Notes under the pieces: model-generated
Databases searched by the model: none
Seen by the model: only the letters and a program-made list of their open reading frames with translations
What the model was told of the DNA's origin: nothing
In this document: positions 1 through 10,000 of the stretch, in pieces
Position numbering within the stretch: the first letter of the stretch is position 1
Layout: each line of letters starts with the position of its first letter
Program-made: the position numbers and the translations under genes
Source: an uncultured Bacteroidota bacterium
GTDB lineage: Bacteria > Bacteroidota > Bacteroidia > Chitinophagales > LD1
Direction of reading: 5' to 3'
Length of the DNA: 64,000 nt
Assembly: GCA_903861145.1 (NCBI GenBank)
Contig: CAIOTH010000046.1
Span: forward strand, 658-64,657

Positions 1-511
1 CACTCGGACTGAAAAATAAAATGGCTTCATATGGTTGATTCACTTTCTTATTGGCAAGTACTTTCGTTTGATAAACCACGAGGTTGTTATAGTCAACACC
101 GGCCACTTTTAATTTGTTTTCAAGAACCGGTAACCTGAGATTTCCGCATATGTGCAAGACAGATTTAATAACCCTTCCACTCACAATTTCATCTGCAAGT
201 TCATTAGCCGATGAAGCATCTGTATTAGCTTTTATTCCTCTTGCTAAAAGTTCTTCACTTGTTTTTCCGCGCAGAGCAAAAACAGCTTTTCCATTTATCA
301 TGGAAGAGGCCAATTCATTTTCAAAAAAGAACTTTACCGCGTTGGCACTCGTAAAGGCAATTGCATCAAAGGTTTGAAGTCCGGTAGAATCAAGATTAAA
401 AGGTAAGGCGGTTGTTTCGATAAAATCGATGCACTGAACATCGAGGTTCAGGGTTTGGGCAAAGGCAAGCGTTTCGCCGTCAAGCGTTTTAGTTGACAGC
501 ACCGTCTTCAT
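1..511 (-). CDS. hemD: uroporphyrinogen-III synthase, 3' part cut off by the window edge
   Basis: Own minus-strand translation from the ATG at 511-509 gives MKTVLSTKTLDGETLAFAQTLNLDVQCIDFIETTALPF...AIAFTSANAV...AILFFSPS, open to position 1. It is absent from the ORF track because it is truncated. It overlaps the hemC 3' end by 23 nt and follows hemA-hemC. Confidence 0.6.
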   Translation of the reverse strand, partial: MKTVLSTKTLDGETLAFAQTLNLDVQCIDFIETTALPFNLDSTGLQTFDAIAFTSANAVKFFFENELASSMINGKAVFALRGKTSEELLARGIKANTDASSANELADEIVSGRVIKSVLHICGNLRLPVLENKLKVAGVDYNNLVVYQTKVLANKKVNQPYEAILFFSPS

Positions 512-1442
512 CCCACTTTTTATTTCGAATCTCTTCTATTAATTCACCGGCTCCGGGTTGTTGAAGCAACTTATCGGCACATACTTTTCCGGCATCGGCC
601 CATTCTGAAATAAGCATCATCCGGTGCACTTCAAATGCCCTTTTACCATCGTACGAATGCATGGCGCCTTTAAACTCCAGTTCACTTCCGCTTATTTCGG
701 CCAAGGCGCTGATTGGCACTGAGCAACCGCCCATCATGGTTCTCATAAATTGTCTTTCTACTGATGCAGCAATGAATGTTTCCTGGTGGTTGATAGTGGC
801 GAGTATTTCCTGTATTTCGGCATCTTCTTCCCTACACGCAATGCCAATTATACCCTGGGCCGGCGCCGGTAACATCCAATCTAACACAACGGCGTTATCG
901 GGTATAAGGCCTAATCTTTCTAAACCTGCTTTGGCAAATATTACGCCCTTCATCTCTTCCCCCTCAGCAAATTTTTTTAACCGGGTTTGCACGTTGCCAC
1001 GAATGCCCACCAACTTATGGTTAGGGTATTTCGCCAGCCATTGCCCGCGCCTTCTTAAACTGCCTGAGGCTATTACTGCTTCGGACAAAGGGTTATCCAA
1101 AATGCTTTTGTCTTTTAATATCACTAAGTCTTCCGATGGCCCGCGCTCTAAAACTGCCGAAATAACAAGGCCTTCGGCTAATTGTGTGGGCACATCTTTT
1201 AATGAGTGAACGGCAATGTCGGCTTGCTTATTTAGCAATGCTACATCTAACTGTTTTGTAAAAACCCCCGAAATGCCCAACGCATAAATGGGCTGGGTTA
1301 GCTGCATATCGCCGGTGCTTTCCATAGCAACTATTTCGCAGTGGTGGCCATATGCTTCAAGCCGGGCTTTAACCAATTCGGTTTGCCACATGGCAAGTTT
1401 GCTGGTGCGCGAGGCAATTTTTATGGTACGGATAGAACTCAC
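489..1442 (-). CDS. hemC: hydroxymethylbilane synthase (porphobilinogen deaminase)
   Basis: 317-aa ORF with a GTG start. Motifs IKIASRTSKLAMWQT, RGNVQTRLKK and GGCSVPI (cofactor cysteine) are typical of HemC. Confidence 0.9.
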   Translation of the reverse strand: MSSIRTIKIASRTSKLAMWQTELVKARLEAYGHHCEIVAMESTGDMQLTQPIYALGISGVFTKQLDVALLNKQADIAVHSLKDVPTQLAEGLVISAVLERGPSEDLVILKDKSILDNPLSEAVIASGSLRRRGQWLAKYPNHKLVGIRGNVQTRLKKFAEGEEMKGVIFAKAGLERLGLIPDNAVVLDWMLPAPAQGIIGIACREEDAEIQEILATINHQETFIAASVERQFMRTMMGGCSVPISALAEISGSELEFKGAMHSYDGKRAFEVHRMMLISEWADAGKVCADKLLQQPGAGELIEEIRNKKWDEDGAVN

Positions 1443-1485
1443 TTTAGGTTAGGGGCGTTGGCTAATGGATTAATGGCAAAGCTGT

Positions 1486-2544
1486 TTAAGCAACTTTCGA
1501 AATTGCTCTCACTTCGTTGTTAGTGGCATGAGATGTGTATTGTGCCCTGCGCAATTCCCATTTACGGAACTCATCAAAATGCTCAGCAATGATAGCCTCA
1601 GCAACAGGTATTTCGCTTCTGCGGGCTTCAATGGCCTGGTTAACTATTTGCGATAGCTCATCAATATTATAATGCAGCAGGCCGTCAATTTCTTTTACAT
1701 CAGGATGAACGTTTGACGGAACAGAAAGGTCAAATATCATTCTAAGCTTAGTCGATACCAGGTCTTTCTTAGAAATAAGAGCATGGTCAGCACCGGTAGC
1801 TACAATTAAAACATCGGCAGTTTCAAGCACGTCTTGCTGGTTTGCGAACGGAGCGTAGTCAACTTTATACTCACCTGCCGCTTCTTCGGCCTTTGATTCG
1901 TTTCTGTTTATCAGGGTTACTTTATGCTGAGGCAGGTAATGAGTCAGGTTCTTCAGCGTTAAAGTTCCAATTTTACCCAGGCCTATCAGGCAAACATTCA
2001 TCGGCGTTTGCGCCCCAATAGTTTCTTTCAATAACTGGATAACAGCATAAGAGACAGAAGTTGTTCCGTCAGACAAAGCTGTGCGGCTCTTTACTTGTCT
2101 TGACGATTGCAGCGAAGAATTGAAAAGCTTCTCCATATATCCACTGGCGCAGCCATTGGCCTTCGAAAAATTAAAGGCGTTCTTCATCTGACCTATAATT
2201 TCATAATCGCCTAAAATCTGCGAGTCCATACCGGCTGCTACTCGGAAAAGATGTTTAACCGCTTCGTCGCCTTCTTTTACAAAGGCATATTCACGAACTT
2301 CTTCGTAGGTTGCCGATGTGTTTTCTACCAACAGGTTCAATAGGGTTTCGTGGTCGGTGCCGGTGGCGTATATTTCAGTACGGTTACAGGTAGAAAGAAT
2401 AAAGAAATCTTTAGGATATTTGCCTGTGCCATCAGAGTATATTCTTTTTATACGCTCTGAAGTTAAAGCAAACTTATTTCTTATTTCCAGTGTGGTCTTC
2501 CGAAAGCTTACACCCGCTACAATCAAACTAATGTTACAGTCCAT
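1486..2544 (-). CDS. hemA: glutamyl-tRNA reductase
   Basis: STCNRTEIY catalytic-cysteine motif and a GLGKIG nucleotide-binding motif. Start set at the internal Met (MDCNISLIVAGVSFR), because the upstream part of the ORF is hydrophobic read-through. Confidence 0.8.
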   Translation of the reverse strand: MDCNISLIVAGVSFRKTTLEIRNKFALTSERIKRIYSDGTGKYPKDFFILSTCNRTEIYATGTDHETLLNLLVENTSATYEEVREYAFVKEGDEAVKHLFRVAAGMDSQILGDYEIIGQMKNAFNFSKANGCASGYMEKLFNSSLQSSRQVKSRTALSDGTTSVSYAVIQLLKETIGAQTPMNVCLIGLGKIGTLTLKNLTHYLPQHKVTLINRNESKAEEAAGEYKVDYAPFANQQDVLETADVLIVATGADHALISKKDLVSTKLRMIFDLSVPSNVHPDVKEIDGLLHYNIDELSQIVNQAIEARRSEIPVAEAIIAEHFDEFRKWELRRAQYTSHATNNEVRAISKVA

Positions 2545-2709
2545 GATATCTCGTTTCTTGTTGTCTATAATACAAACGCAAATATATTGGCATGGACTTT
2601 CCAAGAACATGAAAAATGTCATCCCTGCAAAAAATGACAAAACCATGACAATTCGTTTTTTTGATATTTCCTTAAATTTTTTATAATAAGATACATTTTA
2701 ACGCAAAAA

Positions 2710-3759
2710 ATGAGCAAAAAAGGACTGATAATTATCAATTTGGGATCGCCTGAGAGTTATTCCGTAAAAGACGTAAAGATTTACCTACGTGAATTTTTGA
2801 TGGATGAGAAGGTAATCGATGTTCCACCAATAATAAGATCAATCCTTGTAAAAGGCTTTATTATCCCTTTTAGGGCCAAAAACTCGGCGGAAGCGTACAA
2901 AACAGTATGGACCGATAAGGGCTCGCCACTAAAAGTTATTACCCAGGAGTTTAGTGAGCTGGTTCAAAAACAACTTGACATGCCCGTTGCAGTTGCCATG
3001 CGATATGGCCAACCAACGCCGGCGATGGCACTGGCAGATTTGGAAAAGAAAGCCGGTGGCCCGCTGGATGAAATACTACTGGCACCCATGTACCCGCACT
3101 ACGCAATGAGCTCAACCGAAACGGCTGTTGACCATGTTAAAGATTACATCGTTGCAAATAGAAAGAACGTAAAACTGAGAATACTCAAGCCTTTTTACAA
3201 CGAACCCGCCTATATAACTTCTCTGGCTGATAGCATAAGGCCCTATTTAGAGCAACAGAATTTTGATGCTTACTTGTTTAGCTACCATGGCCTGCCCATC
3301 AGGCATTTGAAGAAGGCGGACACTACAGGGAAGCACTGTTATATGTCAGGTGATTGCTGTGAGCTGAAATCTGTTGCCTGGGAGACCTGCTATAAGCATC
3401 AGGTTAAAGAAACTACCCGTTTGGTTACTGAAAAACTGCAACTGGATAAAAGTAAGGTTGTGCTAACCTTTCAATCAAGGTTAGAAGGCGATAAGTGGGT
3501 GCAACCTTATACCGATAAATATTTAGAGGAGTCGCCGAAACAAGGAGTTAAGAAGCTGTTAGTTTTATGCCCGGCATTTGTAGCCGATTGCCTTGAAACG
3601 CTTGAGGAAATAAATGTGCGGGGTAAGGAAAGCTTTTTAGAAAATGGTGGTGAACTACTGGTTAATGCGCCCTGCATGAATACCAGCCCAACATGGGTAA
3701 ATACCTTTGTTGCTTATTGCACTGAACACGAAGGAAAGTATGCCGCTTTGTGGAATTAA
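2710..3759 (+). CDS. hemH: ferrochelatase
   Basis: 349 aa. N-terminal LIINLGSPES, YPHY, FSYHGLP and CPAFVADCLETLEEI motifs are typical of HemH. Divergent from hemA. Confidence 0.85.
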   Translation: MSKKGLIIINLGSPESYSVKDVKIYLREFLMDEKVIDVPPIIRSILVKGFIIPFRAKNSAEAYKTVWTDKGSPLKVITQEFSELVQKQLDMPVAVAMRYGQPTPAMALADLEKKAGGPLDEILLAPMYPHYAMSSTETAVDHVKDYIVANRKNVKLRILKPFYNEPAYITSLADSIRPYLEQQNFDAYLFSYHGLPIRHLKKADTTGKHCYMSGDCCELKSVAWETCYKHQVKETTRLVTEKLQLDKSKVVLTFQSRLEGDKWVQPYTDKYLEESPKQGVKKLLVLCPAFVADCLETLEEINVRGKESFLENGGELLVNAPCMNTSPTWVNTFVAYCTEHEGKYAALWN

Positions 3760-3907
3760 AACCGCCGGTTCAATGGAGGGGGGGTATCACTTTTATTGCT
3801 AAATAATTGATAATCAATAATTTAATGTATTAGGGGGTATCAGTGGCAGCCCCTGGTTGAAATATGACATTTGGGTTTAAGGAAAACCAGGGATGTCAAA
3901 TAGCCGC

Positions 3908-4435
3908 TTATTTCTTCTCTCTTACCATATTGTAAATGCGGATAGCGCTCATTAATATGATAATGAACAACACTAAGCCTATAAGGCCCCAAACGGCGCT
4001 CAGGCTTTCTTTTACAACGGCCAGTAACACTATTGCCACTAAAAAGATAGTTGCTACCTCATTTAATATGCGAAGCTGTTGAGAGTTCCAGATAAATACA
4101 CCTGCCATTTGTTGTTTGAAAATACGATGCAGTAATAAATGGTAAGCATACAATCCTATTACAAAGCAAAGTTTCACCATTAACCAATCCGGTAAAGCAT
4201 AAAGCAGGTAAAACATCCATGGCCCGAAAATGAGTGTAAGAATGGCCGATGGCCATGTTATGCCATACCAAAGGCGCCTCGTCATCATGCCGAATTGTGC
4301 GCGTAAAATTGCCTTTTCAGGCTCCGGCTTTTCTCCGGCTTCGGCATTGTAAATAAACAAGCGAACTATATAAAACAGGCCGCTAAACCAGGTTACTATA
4401 AATATGATGTGTAAAGCCTTAACGTATAAATACAT
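3908..4435 (-). CDS. hemJ: protoporphyrinogen IX oxidase, HemJ family (membrane)
   Basis: 175-aa polytopic membrane protein. The N-terminus MYLYVKALHIIFIVTWFSGLFYIVRLF matches the HemJ/UPF0093 signature, and the gene sits next to hemH. Confidence 0.7.
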   Translation of the reverse strand: MYLYVKALHIIFIVTWFSGLFYIVRLFIYNAEAGEKPEPEKAILRAQFGMMTRRLWYGITWPSAILTLIFGPWMFYLLYALPDWLMVKLCFVIGLYAYHLLLHRIFKQQMAGVFIWNSQQLRILNEVATIFLVAIVLLAVVKESLSAVWGLIGLVLFIIILMSAIRIYNMVREKK

Positions 4436-4498
4436 GGTGCGTTATTAAAACAGGCGCAAGGTAGTAACTAATCTAAAATTGCAATTTGATACAAAAGC

Positions 4499-5074
4499 TT
4501 AAAATGTTTTTAACCGTTCCCTACCGGTTTGTAACATTTGAATAAGGCTGCCTAAATCAGATTTTTTTAAATGGACTGAACCCTGGTTAAGCTCACCTTC
4601 ATGTTCATTCACCACTATATTGATATCCCAATCAGCTTTTGCAAATAGAGTACCCGACTTGGGCACAAACGAAGCATAAATAACAAAAGTTGAATTTGTA
4701 AATCGCTTGGCAAAATGCATTTCATTTTCAGGCGAGCGGGTTAGCAAACTGTCGCTAATATATTTCAGCGCATTAATGGCTTCATCGGCCTCGCTTTCAT
4801 CAACAAATCCCTCGCAGGGGCCTTCGGCCGTAGTGCCGTTAAAGAATATTGTTTTTGAGATGTGATTGCTTGATAAATCGCGCTCTTTACGTATGCTGAT
4901 ATTTATATTGATATCGGAACTGTAAGTTATGCCGCCAATTTTTTTCTGTTCAGAAATATATGCCTTGCCCATCGGGCCTTGCTTTTCAGCTGGCCTTTCC
5001 TCAATGGGGGCAGGTATTTGCGTTTTTCCAACGGTTACAATAAGGCATAAAATTATCAGCAGTACATTTTTCAT
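4499..5074 (-). CDS. exported hypothetical protein
   Basis: 191-aa ORF with an N-terminal signal-like segment MKNVLLIILCLIVTVGKTQ. No recognisable catalytic motif. Confidence 0.5.
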   Translation of the reverse strand: MKNVLLIILCLIVTVGKTQIPAPIEERPAEKQGPMGKAYISEQKKIGGITYSSDININISIRKERDLSSNHISKTIFFNGTTAEGPCEGFVDESEADEAINALKYISDSLLTRSPENEMHFAKRFTNSTFVIYASFVPKSGTLFAKADWDINIVVNEHEGELNQGSVHLKKSDLGSLIQMLQTGRERLKTF

Positions 5075-5079
5075 GGCGA

Positions 5080-6093
5080 TTAATTTTTCTTGCTCGCTAT
5101 ATACTTAATACATAAATCTATAGTGGCCTCAATTCCTTTTTTGTGGGTTCGCTCAACACCATGCGATGCAGCAACACCGGGGCCGATAAGTGCTACTTTA
5201 TAATCTTTACCGGCACGTAATGCTGCACTGCCATCGCTGCCGTAATAAGGATAAACATCAATAGCAAAAGGTATTTTATTGGCCTCAGCCAACTGCACCA
5301 GCTTCTTTCTGAATTCGTAATCGTAAGGCCCTGATGAATCTTTTGCGCAGATAGAACATTTTACTTCATTACCCTGGCAGGCATCGCCCAAAACGCCCAT
5401 ATCAATTACCAGCAACTCGTTAACGGTATCGCTATAACCTACGGTGCCACCGTGGCCTACTTCTTCATAGTTACTAAAGAACAATTCAACCGGTGGGGCA
5501 ATTTTTTTTGCCTTGCAATAGCGCGCAATTTCAAACAGCACAAAGCAGCCGGCCTTGTTATCCATAAAGCGCGATTTAATAAAGCCGTTTTTGTATTCGC
5601 GGTAGCGCGGTTCAAAAGCAATTATGTCACCGGTGTTTATACCCAGTTTAGTTACATCGGCTTTGTTATATACTTCCTCGTCTAACCTGATGTGCATGTT
5701 ATCTAACGAGCGATTAGTTGTTTCGCGGTCTTTATTAGCGTGTGCCGATGGATTATTGAAAAGCAGGGTGCCGGTATATACCTTATCCTTTAATGTAATA
5801 ACGTTTACATACTCACCTTCGGCGCTTGTTAGTAGCAAACCACCCAGCGGGCTAAAGCTTAAAGTGCCATCGCCTTTAATGCCCGAAACAATAGCTCCTA
5901 GCGTGTCTACGTGCGCAGCTATAGCAAGTGTAGGGTTTTTGCCCAGGCTGCATTTAACGGTCCCTTTTTGGGTGTATTCGGGCTTATAACCAATGGCAGT
6001 AAGCTGGTCGAAAATATATTTACAAGCTTTAGCCGTATAGCCCGTAGGCGAATCAATATTTACTAATTCTTCAAGCGATTTATAGTTGAGCAT
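5080..6093 (-). CDS. M42 family metallopeptidase (glutamyl aminopeptidase / FrvX-like)
   Basis: 337 aa. AAHVDTLG, FMDNKAG, SNYEEVGHGG and IGPGVAASHGVERTH are the metal-ligand blocks of the M42 family. Confidence 0.75.
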   Translation of the reverse strand: MLNYKSLEELVNIDSPTGYTAKACKYIFDQLTAIGYKPEYTQKGTVKCSLGKNPTLAIAAHVDTLGAIVSGIKGDGTLSFSPLGGLLLTSAEGEYVNVITLKDKVYTGTLLFNNPSAHANKDRETTNRSLDNMHIRLDEEVYNKADVTKLGINTGDIIAFEPRYREYKNGFIKSRFMDNKAGCFVLFEIARYCKAKKIAPPVELFFSNYEEVGHGGTVGYSDTVNELLVIDMGVLGDACQGNEVKCSICAKDSSGPYDYEFRKKLVQLAEANKIPFAIDVYPYYGSDGSAALRAGKDYKVALIGPGVAASHGVERTHKKGIEATIDLCIKYIASKKN

Positions 6094-6171
6094 AGTGCGT
6101 TTTAGATTTGAATTTAAAGATAAACGAAGATGGCGTTTGTTTGGGGCAATTCAAATACCTATGGCACCACT

Positions 6172-6214
6172 TAAAAAAAGAAAAGCACCCCGAAACCGAA
6201 GTGCTTTTCTTTTA
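6172..6214 (-). terminator. intrinsic terminator downstream of the PorP/SprF gene
   Basis: GAAAAGCAC (6180-6188) pairs with GTGCTTTTC (6201-6209). It is flanked by an A-run and a T-run, so on the minus strand a U-tract follows the hairpin. Confidence 0.6.
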
Positions 6215-6240
6215 ATCCGCATTAAGCGGAGCAATATGTT

Positions 6241-7311
6241 TTAGAAGTGAGGGCAGTAAATAGTTTGTGGGCCTCTGCGTGTCCATCTGCCAACATAAGC
6301 AACACCTACTTCAAACGCACCACGCGAAGATGAAGCCTGGATTAACTGCGATACGTTGATATCGTAAGCAACGCTAAGTGTAACATGTTGCCATTCAACA
6401 CCGGCATCTAACACTACAGACTCAGGAACTAATCTTTTATCAGCCCATGGTGCGTTAGGATCGCCACCTACCATACGGAACATAGCGCCGAAGTGGAAGT
6501 TGCTTCCTTCAGGCTCTCTTTCTTCAAACAAAATTCTTATGTCGCTGGCCAATAACATTTCGATAGACTGGCCTTGAGATAATACAATAAACTTAGGCTG
6601 TAAAGAAAAACGATTATTGATTGGGAATTCAATACCACCGGTTGCGGTGTATTTAATATTCAACTTTACGTTGTTGTTACCCAGCATTGAAATACTAGGC
6701 ATGTTTACGTGGTAAGCCGACATACCCACGTAAATGTTGGTTCTGCGGGCTAATTTCATATACCAAAGTAAACCTGCGTTTACATCCCAGTAAAGCTTTT
6801 TGTTATCAACCAAAAACTCGTTGGTAGGTAATAACGGATTGTATGAAGCACCATCCCACTGGCTGCCAAATTGCAGGTTAGTGTAATCAATGGTTTGATC
6901 ATAAATCTGAGAAGAGAAACCTATTGCAAGGTAGTTAGTGTTTGTGCGGTTTAGCGATTTGTGGTAAGCAATACCTATACCTGCTACGTTGTAACCAAAC
7001 TTAGATTCGCCGGCCTGGTCGCCCAAAAAAGAAGCACCAAAACCGAAAGCATCGCCCGAAGCAAAACCCTTGTTGGTTCTGAACTCGGCAGAGGCTGTAT
7101 AAGTACGATACATAGGAGTTGACTCGTTTTGTAATACTGAACCCCACTGTCCGCGGAATAACCCTGATAAACGATAATTGCCATCAAAAGCACCCACCAT
7201 TGCAGGATTTAAATACATGGGGGTCATATAGAATTGCGAAAAATGCGGGTCTTGAGCAGATGCTCTAAACACCACTAAGGTCAGTACGAATAATTGTAAA
7301 ACTTTCTTCAT
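6241..7311 (-). CDS. type IX secretion system membrane protein, PorP/SprF family
   Basis: Signal peptide MKKVLQLFVLTLVVFRASAQ followed by DPHFSQFYMTPMYLNPAMVG, the PorP/SprF N-terminal signature. Start moved to the internal Met. Confidence 0.75.
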   Translation of the reverse strand: MKKVLQLFVLTLVVFRASAQDPHFSQFYMTPMYLNPAMVGAFDGNYRLSGLFRGQWGSVLQNESTPMYRTYTASAEFRTNKGFASGDAFGFGASFLGDQAGESKFGYNVAGIGIAYHKSLNRTNTNYLAIGFSSQIYDQTIDYTNLQFGSQWDGASYNPLLPTNEFLVDNKKLYWDVNAGLLWYMKLARRTNIYVGMSAYHVNMPSISMLGNNNVKLNIKYTATGGIEFPINNRFSLQPKFIVLSQGQSIEMLLASDIRILFEEREPEGSNFHFGAMFRMVGGDPNAPWADKRLVPESVVLDAGVEWQHVTLSVAYDINVSQLIQASSSRGAFEVGVAYVGRWTRRGPQTIYCPHF

Positions 7312-7673
7312 TATCTCAGGGTTTAAATAGTTATCTAAAATAGAAAAAATTTGGTTATGCAAACCTTTGCCACAAAAAAAAATCAGTTTTCCCTTTATTC
7401 TTTATCGAAAATGCCTGTTAAAAGTTACACTTTCAATCAATAAGGCTGAAATTAACCTGCAAAACCGCAATTTAACAATACCTATCTACTACTTTTTTAA
7501 AACGGAATAACACATTGTTTTGTTGTACCGGCAACTATTTCAAGACGTTATTACTATCGCTTTGGTTGGATGCTACTGAGAACAAAAAATATCCTGTAAT
7601 ACCTTCCAAAGCACTAAAGACGCAAGCTTTGCTTAAAAGGCTGCAAACTGCAAAATAATTAACTGCAAAAAGC

Positions 7674-7759
7674 AATAGAACGCTGATTTATTATGGTTTT
7701 TATGATTGCTTATGATCATTGTATTTATCATAACCATCATAATAAATCAGCGTTCTATT
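7674..7759. repeat. long imperfect inverted repeat (about 25-bp arms) in the aspS upstream region
   Basis: AATAGAACGCTGATTTATTATGGTT (7674-7698) pairs with AACCATCATAATAAATCAGCGTTCTATT (7732-7759), leaving a 3-nt bulge. ATGATCAT lies near the centre. Confidence 0.7.
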
Positions 7760-7834
7760 TGTATTTGTTTGGGCTGGGGTTAATTAAGTGTTTGTGGCGC
7801 AAATCACTATTTTAGCGCCCTCAAAAAATGAATT

Positions 7835-9598
7835 ATGTATAGAACGCATACTTGTGGCGAATTAAATATTTCGAAAGTAGGAGAGCAGGTTACTTTAAGT
7901 GGTTGGGTGCAGAAAACCCGCGCCCTGGGCGGTATGACCTTTGTTGATTTACGCGACCGTTACGGCATTACCCAGTTGGTGTTTAATAATGATACCGATG
8001 TTGCTTTGTGCGATAGAGCAAACAAACTAGGCCGCGAATTTGTAATACAGATAAAAGGCAAAGTAATTGAGCGCACCAGCAAAAATTTGAATATACCCAC
8101 GGGTGAAATTGAAATTGACGTTAAAGAGTTAAACATAATCAGCGAGTCGGAAACGCCGCCATTTTTGATTGAGAACGCTACAGACGGTAGTGAAGAGTTG
8201 AGATTAAAATACAGATACCTTGATATTAGAAGGCCGGAATTAAAAGATCGCCTTATTATGCGCGCGAAGTTTAATGCTGCGGTGCGCGAATACCTTGATG
8301 CCAGGGATTTTCTTGAAATTGAAACACCGAACCTTATTAAGTCGACACCCGAAGGTGCACGTGATTTTTTAGTGCCATCGCGCCTGATGCATGGTAGTTT
8401 TTATGCCTTACCTCAATCGCCGCAAATATTAAAGCAGTTATTGATGGTAGCCGGTATGGACCGCTATTACCAGATTGTAAGATGCTTTAGGGATGAGGAC
8501 TTTAGAGGCGACCGCCAACCCGAGTTTACGCAAGTAGACTGCGAGATGAGCTTTATGCACCAGGAAGATATTTTTGAAGTTTTCGGGGGTATGATGCAGC
8601 ATGTGTTTAAAAAAATCAAGAATTACGATTTACCCGAGCTACCGCGTATTAAGTATGATGATGCAATAAAGTATTACGGCTCTGACAAACCCGATTTGCG
8701 TTTTGATTGCAAAATAGTTGACCTGAATACAGTATTGCCTAAATCTGAATTTGGCGTGTTTAATAATGCGATTGAAAGCGGTGGATTAGTTGCAGGCATA
8801 AATGCAACAGGCTGTGCAGCTTATTCGCGCAAACAGTTTGATGAGTTGGTTGAGTTTGTAAAAGCCAGCCACCGTGGATTGAGTGGCTTAGTGAATATTC
8901 GTTTTAATGAAGATGGCACCGTTAAATCTTCGGTAGATAAATTCTTTAACGAAGAGCAATTACGCGAAATAGGTAAAGCCTTCAACGCACAAAAAGGCGA
9001 CTTGCTTTTAATTGCTGCCGATAAAACATCTAAAGTTCGTAAATCGTTAGGCGATTTACGTTTGGAATTGGGTAAGAAGAATAACTGGATGGACCCTAAT
9101 GCGTGGAGCGTTATATGGGTAGTTGATTTTCCTTTGTTCGAAAAAGATGAGGAGAGTGGCGAAATTACTTTTGCGCACCACCCATTCTGCTCACCACACC
9201 CTGATGACATGCAGTATTTTGATACCGACCCAACAAGGGTACGTGCTCAGACTTACGATATGGTAATGAATGGCAATGAAATCCTTTCGGGTTCAGTGCG
9301 TATCCACCAGCGCGATATACAGGAAAAAGTATTTAATAACCTAGGCTTAACCCCCGAGGACCGTGAGAAGAAATTTGGCTTTATGCTAAATGCCTTCCGT
9401 TTTGGCGCACCTCCGCACGGTGGTTGTGCTTTTGGTGTTGATAGGGTTATTATGTTACTCTCGGGTGGAGAAACCATTCGCGACGTAATAGCATTCCCTA
9501 AAACAGCCGGCGGCCGCGATTTAATGATGGATGCACCAACCATAGTAGATAAGAAACAGTTGGATGAGTTGGGGATTGCGGTGAAGGGAGGACTTTAA
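7835..9598 (+). CDS. aspS: aspartate--tRNA ligase
   Basis: 587 aa. N-terminal OB region (YRTHTCGEL...), class II motifs FYALPQSPQ and FRDEDFRGDRQPEFTQVD, and C-terminal GAPPHGGCAFGVDR. Confidence 0.95.
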   Translation: MYRTHTCGELNISKVGEQVTLSGWVQKTRALGGMTFVDLRDRYGITQLVFNNDTDVALCDRANKLGREFVIQIKGKVIERTSKNLNIPTGEIEIDVKELNIISESETPPFLIENATDGSEELRLKYRYLDIRRPELKDRLIMRAKFNAAVREYLDARDFLEIETPNLIKSTPEGARDFLVPSRLMHGSFYALPQSPQILKQLLMVAGMDRYYQIVRCFRDEDFRGDRQPEFTQVDCEMSFMHQEDIFEVFGGMMQHVFKKIKNYDLPELPRIKYDDAIKYYGSDKPDLRFDCKIVDLNTVLPKSEFGVFNNAIESGGLVAGINATGCAAYSRKQFDELVEFVKASHRGLSGLVNIRFNEDGTVKSSVDKFFNEEQLREIGKAFNAQKGDLLLIAADKTSKVRKSLGDLRLELGKKNNWMDPNAWSVIWVVDFPLFEKDEESGEITFAHHPFCSPHPDDMQYFDTDPTRVRAQTYDMVMNGNEILSGSVRIHQRDIQEKVFNNLGLTPEDREKKFGFMLNAFRFGAPPHGGCAFGVDRVIMLLSGGETIRDVIAFPKTAGGRDLMMDAPTIVDKKQLDELGIAVKGGL

Positions 9599-9626
9599 AA
9601 TATGATTGCCTTACTAGTCGTAACGG

Positions 9627-9989
9627 CTATATTTTTATTTCGATATCCTGATTTTGTGCTATTGTAAACGTTTGCTTTAGTTTTTTTAGCCAGCGTATTC
9701 GTCCTATAGTCTTACGCCAATAAAACCAGTCGAAGTATTTCTTCGTTTCGGGTTTATTCCAGTGTTTTTCTTTTGCCTCAATAGCTTCTTTACTATTACT
9801 AATTAGATAACTGAATAGATTTTCGTATCCAACATCGAGTGCTTCCGAACAGCACTCCGGGCAAATGTTTTTATAAAACTCATCAAGATTTGTTGGGTCG
9901 TAACTCTTAAAATCTCCCACGGTGCCGAAACAAGCCGGGCAAATACCAATGGTAGACAGTTTAGCCTTATGCCGAAAGAATAACATCAA
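9627..9989 (-). CDS. hypothetical cysteine-rich protein
   Basis: 120-aa ORF with CPAC...CPEC pairs (zinc-ribbon-like). No other signature. Confidence 0.4.
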   Translation of the reverse strand: MMLFFRHKAKLSTIGICPACFGTVGDFKSYDPTNLDEFYKNICPECCSEALDVGYENLFSYLISNSKEAIEAKEKHWNKPETKKYFDWFYWRKTIGRIRWLKKLKQTFTIAQNQDIEIKI

Positions 9990-10000
9990 ATAAGGTTTTT

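Noticed and set aside
114-377. 87-aa plus-strand ORF at the window start
   Set aside because: It lies antisense to a much better minus-strand reading frame (hemD, open from 511 to position 1) that has HemD-like motifs. The plus-strand product has no features.
3801-3823. Fur-box interpretation of the AATAATTGATAATCAATAA palindrome next to the haem genes
   Set aside because: The core TGATAATCA resembles a Fur box. However, this copy sits between two convergent 3' ends, not in a promoter, and the half-site spacing differs from the classical 19-mer. I kept it only as an unassigned dyad motif.
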